NCBI RefSeq assembly: GCF_009914755.1
Contig: NC_060930.1
Length of the DNA: 64,000 nt
Source of the DNA: the human T2T-CHM13v2.0 reference genome, Homo sapiens
Reading direction: 5' to 3' (one strand)
Part shown: positions 46,121-60,246 of the stretch, piece after piece
Layout of the letters: every line of letters starts with the position of its first letter
Numbering within the stretch: the first letter of the stretch is position 1
Translations under genes and position numbers: made by a program
Notes under the pieces: generated by a model
Database searches by the model: none
What the model was told of the DNA's origin: nothing
What the model saw: only the letters and a program-made list of their open reading frames with translations

Positions 46121-47399
46121 CAGTTGTGCAGTAGAGGTAACCTGACTCCCTGAGGCTCACTTTGCAAGTGCTAAAATTGTCACACAGTTCCCCGTTATGT
46201 CTGAATCAATCCCAATCCTTGTGACTAGGGCAGCTGGTCAAATCATATATTCACTGCTCTACAGTATTAGAAATGCATCTGTCTTTGGTGAAGACTAGCC
46301 TATCATTCTTGTGCCATTGGATATCACCCCCATGCTTGTTGTCCTGAACAGTGTCCTAATGGAACAGCAAGACTGTGCCCTTCCCCTCCTGACAGATGTC
46401 ATCCAAACAAACAAAGAAGTTGCCTTCAAAGACCTGGATGTGGCCATTCTCTTGGGCTCTGTGCCAAGAGAGGAAAGATTTACTGAAAATGTAAAAATCA
46501 TCAAATGGCAGGGTGCAGCCTTGGAGAAATATGACAAGAAGTTCGTTAAGGTTATTGTTATGGGAAACCCAGCCAATATCAACTGCCTGACTGCCTCCAA
46601 GTTGGTTCCATCCATCTTCAATGAGAACTTCAGTTGCTTGACTTGTTTGGATCACAACCAAACTCAAGTTCAAATTACTCTTAAACTTGGTGTGACTGCT
46701 GACAATGTACAGAATATTACATATCTGGGGAAACCATTCCTTCACTCAGTATCCAGATGTCAACCAAGCCAAGATGAAATTGCAAGCAAAGGAAGTTGTT
46801 TATGAAGCTCTGAAACATGACAGCTGGCCCCAGGGAGAATTCATGGCTGTGCAGCAACATGGTGCTGCTGTCATCGAGGCTCAAAAACCATCCAGGACAA
46901 TGTCCACTACAAGAGCCATCTCCAACCACCTCAGAGACATCTGGCTTGGAACCCCATAGGGAGAGTCTGTGTCCAGTGGGGTTATCTCTAATAGTGACTC
47001 CTATGGTATTCCCAGTCATCGTTCTACTCATTCTCTGTCGTATTCAAGAATAAGACCTGGAAATTTGTTGAAGCTCTCTCCATTAATGATTCCTCATGTA
47101 AGAAGATGGATCTTACTGCAAAGGAACTGGCAGGGAAGAAAAAGAAACTGCTTTAGAATTGCTTTCCTCTGTCTGACTATAAATCATTTTGATGTTGCTA
47201 AATGCCCTAAAGCTGAAGAATCTAAATGTCGTCTTTGACACTAGTACTAAATAATAATACTGCTATGTGTAAATTACTCGTGAAAAACAACATGTTTTGA
47301 AGATTATTTGCTTCTCAGTACAGACTTGTGAGTGACAGTTTATTATCATGCCGTTAATCCTGCATTCTAAATAAAAATATATATTCAAATAAAAAACAA
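46121..47399 (+). pseudogene. MDH1: Processed pseudogene of cytosolic malate dehydrogenase MDH1 (possibly MDH1P2; symbol given is the parent gene)
   Basis: Intronless copy with 5'UTR; ATG at 46197 ([24 protein letters not shown] vs MDH1 [24 protein letters not shown]); in-frame TAG at 46296; [47 protein letters not shown]; frameshifted WGNHS; TAG at 46957; stop TGA at 47174; 3'UTR with AATAAA and A-rich tail; degenerate TSD taaagg[tt/ca]gtcaca[a/g]gt at 46104-46120 and 47400-47416. Confidence 0.96.
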
Positions 47400-47721
47400 T
47401 AAAGGCAGTCACAGGTTCCACTCTCTCTGATAGACACTCGTTCCATCTAGATTTTGCTTCTTCTCATTCCCTTCAGAAATAGATCCTAAAATGTATAGAA
47501 TCCAAGCAATGTGTGAGGTTCCATCCACATCTTCTTACCAGGCCAAGCTACTTTAAAAATATGCACAGTGTTTGTGTGTGCATAAGTAAGATCAAAATTT
47601 ATCACCATGATTCCAATGTGCAAAAAAATGAAAGATTTTCTTTCATTGACCTTATCTTGCTCTTGTTTTCTAAAATGCTTTATTTTTGTCAACTGAAAAG
47701 TAACAAATTTTTTTAACACGC

Positions 47722-48272
47722 TGTGCAGAGTTAACATGGCAGGCCTGAGATTGCTATCTTTAGAAAGGCCTGCTTGTGAGGTTGGCCCTTGGCTGGTGTC
47801 CAGGAATTTGGACTTGGGGAGGGTTCCCACCATTCCCAGAACTGATAAGAAGGACTCACTGTGCCTAAACTGTACAAACAATATGGTTTCTGCCAAACAA
47901 TCTCTTTCCTTCTGGGCGTCTGGAATTTGGGTATGTGCTGGGCAGCGGTGCCTAGTGACCAGCCCCAAATAAAAACCATAAGTCCTAATCCTCTATTGAG
48001 CTTCCCTAGTAAACAACACTTCAGACCTGAGGTCACAACTTATTGCTGGAGGAATTAAGTGTGTCCTGTGTGATTCTGGTGGGAAAGCCTCCTTAGAAGC
48101 TTGTGTCTGACTTCCCTGGACTTCGCCCCATGCGTCTTTTCCCTTTGCTGTTTGTGCCTGGCATCCTCCTGCTGTAATAAATCTTAGTCATGGGTATGAC
48201 TCTATGTTGAGTCCTGTGAGTCCCCCTGGTAAATCCCTGAACCTGGAGGTGGTCTTGGGAGCCCTGGACACA
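47722..48272 (+). mobile_element. MER68-type (ERVL) solo LTR
   Basis: Starts 'tgtgcagagttaacatggcaggcctgagattgctatctttagaaaggcctgcttg'; has AATAAA; ends 'gtggtcttgggagccctggacaca'; about 550 bp. Confidence 0.8.
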
Positions 48273-48274
48273 TT

Positions 48275-49407
<1,133 letters not shown>

Positions 49408-49719
49408 ATGGAAATTTGGATTTTAGATGTGTTAACTTTGAGATGCTTAACAGTCTAGTAAAACCGTACAGTTGATATTTCTATTTTGTAGATGAGGAAA
49501 CTGAGGCACAGAGAGGTTAAATGATTTGCTCAGGGCCACACATCTGAGAAGGTTTCACATCCTCAGTCTGGTTCCAGCATGTATTCTCTCAAGCCCTCCA
49601 CTACACTGGACTTGCAATCTTCTAAGCTAAAATGACTTCCCATGATGCAATAATAGATATACATTAATAACAAATATGTAAATGTTATTCAAATAAGATT
49701 AATACAATATAATAAATAA

Positions 49720-50600
<881 letters not shown>

Positions 50601-50639
50601 CTGCATGTGTGAGTGCACACACACACACACACACACACT

Positions 50640-52200
50640 CACATCCTAGCTCTCTGCTGAAAGGGCCTAGAAGCAATGACACTCCTGTAGCAATGAGTAC
50701 TCCTAGTGCTCAAATATTAGTTTCTAAACATTATTCCCAATTAGCAGGGTATGGTGGCACATACCTGTTGTCACGGCCACTCAGAGGGCTGAGGTGGTAG
50801 AACCACTTGAGCCTGGGAGGTTGAGGCTGCAGTGGGCCGAGTTCACATGGCTGCAGTCCAGCCTGGGCAACAGGGTGAGAGACCCTGTCTCAAAAACAAA
50901 ACAAAACAACAATTATTCTCCGCTAAAAGGAACAAGGGGTTCTTGGAGAAATGGCTGATTCCAGAGTTGGAAAAGAGAAAATAAAAAATGATCCTGAAAC
51001 ATCTTGAACCAGAAAGTAAAGAAGTGTTCAAAGAAGGATGGGGCCATGTCAAAAGAACACAGGAAATAGCTTGAAGGGTTCTCACTGGCCAAATCTTGTG
51101 CAATTTGAGTGTCAAAATAATGACAGTAACAAATTATAGCTCACTGAATAACATAAGAATCCATGAGTCTATACAGTGATAAGTAAATAAATGAATAAAT
51201 AAACGAATAAATCAATGAGAAGGAAAAGCTCTTCACTGTAGTAGAACACCAGCAAAAAATCTAGAAGAAATGAAGTGATAGTCACCACTCGACAAACCTC
51301 ATCGTCATGGTTGACTTGGACAAGAATTATCAACGGATGTTAAAAACTACTGGGTGAGAGTTTTGGTGAGGAATGGAATATAATCTATACTACATAATCT
51401 CAAAGTATCTCCCCACAAAGTACTTATCAGTTACAAGGGGTGAGGGGAAATGCAGAGGGGAATAATACCCTTACTGCAGGGAAACTGGGTAGACAGCATC
51501 TTAACTTAGTGATCAAAGTTAACATCACCCATAATGGAATAAATTTACATCCTGCCTCCTGATATCATGCACTGAGAATACAACATCTCTTTTGTGGTAT
51601 TCCTGCCAAAAATGTATTACCTCAATCTAATCTGAGGAAACATTAAGAACACCCAATTGAGAGACATTCTACAAAATAACTGGCCTGTATTTGTCAAAAA
51701 TATCAAGGTTATCAAGGACCCACTGAGGAACCATTCCAGATTAAAGGCGACTAAAGAGATTTGGCCATGTGTGATCCTGGAGTGGACTCTGGACTGGATT
51801 TTTTTCTTTGTCTATTTTATCTTATTTTCACTATACAGGACATTATTGGGACAATTAACAAAATTTGAATAAAGTCTGTAGATCAGAAAATAATATTTTA
51901 TTAGTGTTCATTTCCTGTTTTAATAAATTATACTGTGGTTATTTTAAGAGAATGTCGTTGTTCTTAGGAAATACATACTGAAGTATTTAGGAATAAGAGG
52001 GAATCATGTCTTCAATCTACTCTCAAATATTATATAAAAGTATCACATGCACACAGAAGAATAAAGCAAATGTGGTAAAATGTTAACCGTTGTGGAATCT
52101 GGATGAAGGGAATAGAGAACAACCGCTGTACAAAGAACTCTTTGTATTATTCTTGCAACTTTCTGCATGTCTGAATTATTTCAAAATAAATAAATGTTTA
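50640..52200 (+). mobile_element. L1MD/L1MC-type 3'UTR with an inserted Alu right monomer (about 50740-50910)
   Basis: 'cctagctctctgctgaaagggcctagaagcaatgacac...gagagacattctacaaaataactggcctgta...gaatctggatgaaggg'. Confidence 0.75.
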
Positions 52201-52214
52201 AAACGTATAGAGGC

Positions 52215-52640
52215 AATTATTTTTTATTCTGGTAGGAACAAACATTACCATCTTAACCATTTTTTGGTGTACAGCTCAGTAAGGTTAAGCATATTTCACA
52301 TTGTTGTGAAACAGAGCTCCAGAACTTTTTCATCTTGCAAAACTAAAACTCTGTACCCATTAAATGACAACTCCCTATTCCCCTCCCCCAGCCCCTTGCA
52401 ACCATCATTCTACTTTTTGTTTCTGTACATTTGAGTACTCTAGATACATCATGTAAGTGGAATTGTACAGTATCTTTCTTTTTGTGACTGGCTTATTTCA
52501 TTTAACAAAAGTCCTCAGGATTCATCCATGTTGTAGCATGTGATGAGATTTCCTTCATTTTTAAGGCTGAATAATATTCCATTGTAGACTGCACTTTCTT
52601 TATCCATTCACCTGTAGATGGGCATCTGGGTTGCATTCAC
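52215..52640 (-). mobile_element. L1MB-type 3' end
   Basis: 'ttaccatcttaaccatttt...ctccagaactttttcatcttgcaaaactaaaactctgtacccatt'. Confidence 0.8.
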
Positions 52641-53309
52641 CCCCTTTGAATATCTTACTTGATTGTCTACAAAATTGAAGATATTCACCACTAGGGAAAA
52701 AATAAAGTGCTAGAGAAAAAAATGTTTCAAAGTTTGGGGATGTATATTCACTAAGATGAAAAATTTAAATAAGCTGAATCAGAAAACTAAATAAGTATGC
52801 TAGACCAAATTCTCAGTATTCTACTGCTATACATAGATGCTATTTCAGAGTATATGTTATATAGGCTCTGGTGCAATATCAAAAATATTTTTAAATATTG
52901 TAATTGGAAAAGTAGAAGATAGTTATACCTACCAAATGATTACAGCTGAAGGTGACTTGCCATAGTTTAGAAATGTTGATGTATTTTTCAAAATTATTAT
53001 AAAGATGATTTAGTATTTTATGTAGCTTTTTAGAATATCTTTTATTTTAACATGGCAAAGGAAATGCAGAAATGATTTTAATATACATTTCCATGCAGTC
53101 ACTGCATAGATATTTTAAGAGAAGTGATACATTTAACAATTCATTTAAAATCAGGAAGGAAATATCACTAGAGTCATTATTTGAATAAGTTTTGTGCAGT
53201 TGTCATTGAAATTTAATACTTTCTATGTGTCTTTCATGTTTGTAAATCTCTAACTTTGCTGCATCTGGAGGCTGCATTGATAGTTTTATTTTTAGAAATG
53301 ATTACATTA

Positions 53310-53826
53310 ACCTGGGAGAAACTACCTTAACCAAGCAATTAAGGTTGTCAGTGTCATGTTTCCATCTTGTATCCCTTTATACGACTCAATGAGAATGTCA
53401 CTTCGGCTCTGTGGGAATCTTACCCAAAACTTATACTTATTATTGAATGTTTCATGAGAAAACATCAGACAAATTCAAACTGAGGGAGAGTCTACAAAAA
53501 TACCTGACCAGAACTCTTCAAAACTGTCGAGGACATGAAAAAGGGGGAAAGTCTGAGAAACTGTCACAGTTCTGGAGCGACTAAGGATAACTGACAAGTA
53601 ACATAGTATCTTGGAGGGAATCCTGGAAGAGAAAAAAAACATTAGCGGTGAAACTAGTGAAATCCAAAAGATGTCTATAGCTTCCTTAATAGTAATATAC
53701 AATGTCAGTTTCTTAGTTTTGATAAATGTATGGCAGTTATAAGATGTTAAATTTAGAGGAAACTGGGTGAAGGGTATATGAAAACTCTGTACTATACTAA
53801 ATTTACAAATTCTTCTAAAATAAAAA
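53310..53826 (+). mobile_element. L1MC/L1ME-type 3'UTR fragment
   Basis: 'gaaaacatcagacaaattcaaactgagg...aactgggtgaagggtatatgaaaactctgtact'. Confidence 0.65.
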
Positions 53827-54451
53827 ATTTACTTTAACAGATTCTATTAATATAAATTTATCCATAAGATTGCTAAAATCTAACTTGCTTTGAAAGTTGA
53901 ACACTTATTCACTCAAAAATATTTAAAGTGCCTCTCTGCTATGTGTCAGTTCAGAAAGGACTAAGTTAGCCCACTGAATACATTATTAAACAGAAGCACT
54001 CAGCTTATTATCAGCCCAGATGGTATCCCATTTTCTACTTTCAAGACCAGAGGGGAGAAAATTTTTGAAAGCTTTTGTTGGAAGTGGAGGAAACCAGATA
54101 ATGAAACTACAGCCATAAAATAACAATCAGTGACGATTCCATTCAAACATGGAGTTTTGAAGAATATTAACTATTAAGAAGTTGGACTGATGACCTGGAA
54201 AATAACCTCTGATTGAGGAAAAAAGGCTACACTATTTAGGGCCACATATAACAATCACAAAGATAAAATCCTTTACTTCCTCTCATCTGTATAACTTTAA
54301 ATTGTATTTAGAAAAGCTATATAATGTACAATTTAAGTCACAATCAGGAAGGCGGAGACTGAAAAAGGAAAGACATTCTTTTACTGAAATAAAGTGATAA
54401 AATAGGAGAAGAAAATTCCAGGACTGGCATAATTAGAAGTACATAATTTTA

Positions 54452-54805
<354 letters not shown>

Positions 54806-55497
54806 TCAAAGAAATCATTTACCATAAGCCAATTTTGCTAATACCTGAGAATACTTTTGTTGTTGTTTTTAAGGTAAAAGTCTAACTAAGCCCACCAATA
54901 ATGAAATTGCCAAAGTATGTTTAGTGACTTTTTAGTGGTTAGACAGTAAAATTAAATATCATGTAGAAATAACCTCCTATTTAGACCTGTAGTCTATACT
55001 TGATCATCTACAGCTATCTACATTGAGTTACATGTTCCATTCATAATCTAGAAATTTTCTTCTGCTGTTCAGCTACTATATTACCTACTTGAATTATATT
55101 GGTAGCCAGGACTCTGCTAAATATGTGGCTACCTTGTGAGACAGGCTTACCCTGTGAGAGACCAAGATAGAGGGTTATTTAGGACAGTTGTACCCAATTC
55201 ACTACAAAAATAAATCAGGTCCAACAACGATGATGAAAACATGGCCCAGGTTAAATATTTTCTCATATATTCAACAAAAAATAAAGGGAAAAATATAAAT
55301 TTGAAACCAATAGAATTAAACTCCAAATGAAATAGAGTAATTCCAGTTTTGATAATGAAGTTTCAGAATACATACACTAGCCACAAATGACTTTGACCAA
55401 TCATCAAGTATGCTTCACTAAAGATGAATATACTAGGGGCAAATTCTTTCTTAGGTAGCAGAAAGAAATTGTGAAAATGATTTTGTATATAACATAA

Positions 55498-55789
<292 letters not shown>

Positions 55790-56399
55790 TCTTTTCATGT
55801 TTTTAAATTAGTCTCCCCTTTTTGAGGAAACTGAGGCCTAACGAGTTGTAATAATAACCAGTATTTATTGTAGGCTTTCTGGGTGTCAAGGACTGCATAA
55901 TTTCATTTAATCCTCACCAAAATCAAACAAGCAAGCAAATTCCTCAAAAATTAGGAAACCAAGGTTAAGCCAGGGGAGTAACTTACACAAAATCATAAAA
56001 TGGCAGAGGCAGGACTCATTCCTTTAACTACAGGACCAAGGAGCATGGCTAATTTTCTGGAAAACTACATAACAGCTTTGTTACAAAGTCTTAAGTTTTC
56101 TTCAATTTAACTGAAATCATTTTAATATCTAAAATATTATTAATTCAATATTTAGTTCTCTCCAAACTCCAATTTAGAGTTCAAGGGAGGGAAGGGGGGA
56201 AGTAAGATGGAGGAATTGCAGTTGAGCTGCTCAGCATCAGGAAGGGGAGAAGCATCTAGAGACCTGCTCTGCTCTGGAGTCGCCCCATTCTGGAATAGAA
56301 AATTGGGGCTCTGTGGTCACCTCTCTCTCTGAGCAGGCCTGGCTGTCAGGAAATGGTAGGAAAACTTGGGAATTTGGCATCAGTCAGGAAGGAAATTCG

Positions 56400-56645
56400 G
56401 TTTTCATTGGCGACATCTACCAAACACTTAGGGAACAATCAACGCCAATGCTATACAAATTCTTCCAGAAAATGTAAGCGAGAACACTTCCCAGCTCATT
56501 CAGTGAGGCCATCACTAGTATCCCGATACCAAAACCAGACAAAGCCATTACAAGAAAAGAACTCTACACAAATATCATTCATGAACATAGATGCAAATGT
56601 GTCTTATGTAGTATTAGATCAAATCCAGCAACACAGAAAAGAACA
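56400..56645 (+). mobile_element. Decayed L1 ORF2 (RT-proximal) fragment
   Basis: Remnants of FYQTF..LPNSF.EASI..IPKP.K...ISFMNIDA. Confidence 0.75.
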
Positions 56646-56843
56646 GTAGGACTGTTTGTATTTGCTTTAGATTTTCATTTTTAATGATTTCTATGCCTAG
56701 TGCAGTGTCTGTAATCTTTTCTCTTTTCCTTTGCCCAGCCCAGCAAAGGAGGCGGCAAAGCTTCCTTTAATAGCCAATGACATTTCCACAGCAGTCACGT
56801 GGAGTGGGCAGAAAGCACCCCATTTTCCGTATGACTCTTACAA

Positions 56844-57341
56844 CAGTGGTCCCCAGCTTTTCTGGTGCCAGAGACCAGTTTCATGGAAGACAGTTTTTCT
56901 CTGGCTGCAGGGTGTGGGTAAGGATGGTTTAGGGATGATTCAAGTGCATTACATTTATTGTGTATTTTATGTCTATTCTTGTTACATTGTAATATATAAT
57001 GAAGTAATTATACAACTTGCCATAATGTAGAATCACTAGGAGCCCTAAGCTTTTTTCCTGCAACTAGACAGTCCCATCTGGGGGTGATGAGAGACAGTGA
57101 CAGGTCATCAGGCATTAGATTCTCATAAAGAGCACACAACCTAGATCCCTCGAATGCACAGTCCACAATAGGGTTCATGCTCCTATAAGAATCTAATGCC
57201 ACTGCTGATCTCACAGGAGGCAGAGCTCAAGCAGTAATGCCAGCGATGAGGAGAGGCTGTAAATACAGATGAAGCTTCGCACTTGCTAGCCTGCTGCTCA
57301 TCTACTGCTGTGCAGTGGGGGGTTGGTGTTGAGGATCCCTG
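56844..57341. mobile_element. MER1A (hAT-Charlie)
   Basis: Ends 'cagtggtcccca' and 'gaggatccctg'; 8-bp TSD tctta[c/g]aa at 56836-56843 and 57342-57349. Confidence 0.88.
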
Positions 57342-58117
57342 TCTTAGAACATGTGTTGATTCTATCATTGCACTGCACAGCGCATTATTTTCACACTTGA
57401 CATTATTTTACTTTCATTATGTTAGGTATGTTGATCTTCTGAACTTTAAGAAACAGAAATTTAAGTATTTCTCCCAATATTTTGCTGATGCTTTTATGTG
57501 ACCCGTCTCACTTAAATCAGAGAACAGGTATTACTCCATTTTACAGCTCAGAAAATTGAGTCTCTGGTTGTGACTTGGCCTTCATATGACTTGCAAGGTC
57601 AGCATTAAAATCCACACAAGTGCACTTCTCTGGCCTATGAAGCCGAAGGTTGGCAACATTCAGCAATCACATTTGCATTTTGCCTGTGTGGACGTTGCAT
57701 AAAGAACTTTGAACAAGAACTTGTAGGATGATCTTGCAATGGAATGCGAAATCTTGGAGGCTGAAAACAAATGAACTACTGATTAATTTGGTTCATAAGC
57801 TTTCAGAGAAAGCATTGTTTCACTTCTCTCTCAAAATATCTGAAACACTGTCATATTAAAACATATACTTGGTTTATTTAAAATACAGTATATACGCATC
57901 CTTCTGTATGAAAATCTCTGTGGCATGATACAGCTTGTTACTCAAGTTAAACACTTTCCTTCCTGTGTATCTGAAATTACGTGTTACTTTACAAGAACCT
58001 TGAAGAGGGTTCTGCCTTAATATTTGTCCTGGGACGTTGAGATGGTATTATTATAATTAGCAAGATTCAAAGGATTTCAGGTAATTAGAGCATATAGTGT
58101 TTTAAAAAATAAGAAGC

Positions 58118-58514
<397 letters not shown>

Positions 58515-58799
58515 CTAAACATCATTTGGGGAAATAACCTGAATAGTTAATTAGTATCTTGAATTGACAAAGTAGGCAGAATAATATTAATATTTATCCT
58601 TTGAAGTGCGACTAATGGAGTCTCGGTCTATTCATATTGGAGGTTCATATCAAAGTTTAATTTTCTTGGTTAGTTTAAAATATCTCATTAATATTTTAAC
58701 TAATTCTAAAAAACTGCCACACTTGAATATTTTTAGGTATTATTTTTAGATAACAAAAGCCATGGCCACTCATTAAAATAAAGTTCTAAAATTAAGTAA

Positions 58800-59109
<310 letters not shown>

Positions 59110-60188
59110 CAGATAGTTCTTTTCTTTAAAATTTCTTTTTGTAAATACCTACCAGCCAAAACAATCACGGCCAACATGAGTGTATGTCCTTCTGCGTTAT
59201 TTTTCTGTATAGATTTGGTGTGCATTTAATATTCTTGTAATAATATTCTGCTGGTTGTTAAAACTTTATTCAGCAGTGAAGCAGTGAGGGAGAGGAGGAG
59301 ATAAGACATGACCCTAAAGTCTCTGCCAGCTCCATCAGCACCTCGGGCAGGTTCTGTCTGCAATCCGTTCTTTTCTTAGATGATTTTTGATGAGTGAGGG
59401 GGTTGTTGAGCCCCCAGCTGCTGTTTCCTCAGAGGCCTGCTTGCTCTTGGGTAAAACATGGGGACAAAGGCTGACAGTGCTTTGAAGTAGGTGCCTATTC
59501 CCTTAGGGCTGGAGTATTTGAAAACATCTACACAGGACTCGCTTACGTGCTGCTTACATATTTTTCCTGCCATTGAGTCAATGTGACACTTCATTGCCAC
59601 AGTAGTCGGGCAGGAGAGCTGCAAACAGAAACACAAACGGGAGAGCTGAGAGGCAGCCAGGCAATGTCCTCAACTGACCACAGTCTCATTATTAAAGAAG
59701 ATAGAAAGGTTATTTAAGCCAGAGGAATCAAATAGTCCCAGTGGATGAGGGATGGAATAGTGACTAGTGAGCTCCTTTTGTAGTTTACTTCTTTTGGGGA
59801 CAGCATCCACTGAAGGCTTGCATAGCTCTGAGAAACCTGCAACGTGAAGATTAGGCCAAGGCAAAATGGCCGACTCTTAACAAAGTTGACTTGCAACCCG
59901 TGTAATTGGAATTTGATGGGGGGAAAGCGTGGCGCAACAAATCAAAGCATAAGTCTCTAACCTCTTGTCCTTATGATCTTCAAATAGGATTCCAGATCTA
60001 AAAGCCTCTTATATGACCATGAATTTAGATCTTGCCTAGAAAACAGCAAGAGTGCATGAGGGAGCAGCACATCCCATCAGTCATCTGCTAGCAAGAATTG
60101 TCTCCTAAGAAAATTGATTTACACAGCAGGATGTCAAATGGATGACAAAGGTAACATAGGCAAGCAATTTAAAGGAATCATATCATTT

Positions 60189-60246
60189 TTCCACTGTACA
60201 TTTGAATATCACTTTTCTTCCACTGTACATTTGAATATCACTTTTC
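60189..60246 (+). repeat. Perfect 29-bp tandem duplication
   Basis: ttccactgtacatttgaatatcacttttc x2. Confidence 0.97.

Noticed and set aside
46311-46805. 164-aa ORF resembling malate dehydrogenase as a functional CDS
   Set aside because: Fragment of the processed pseudogene: upstream stop, non-ATG start, lost catalytic arginines and a frameshift
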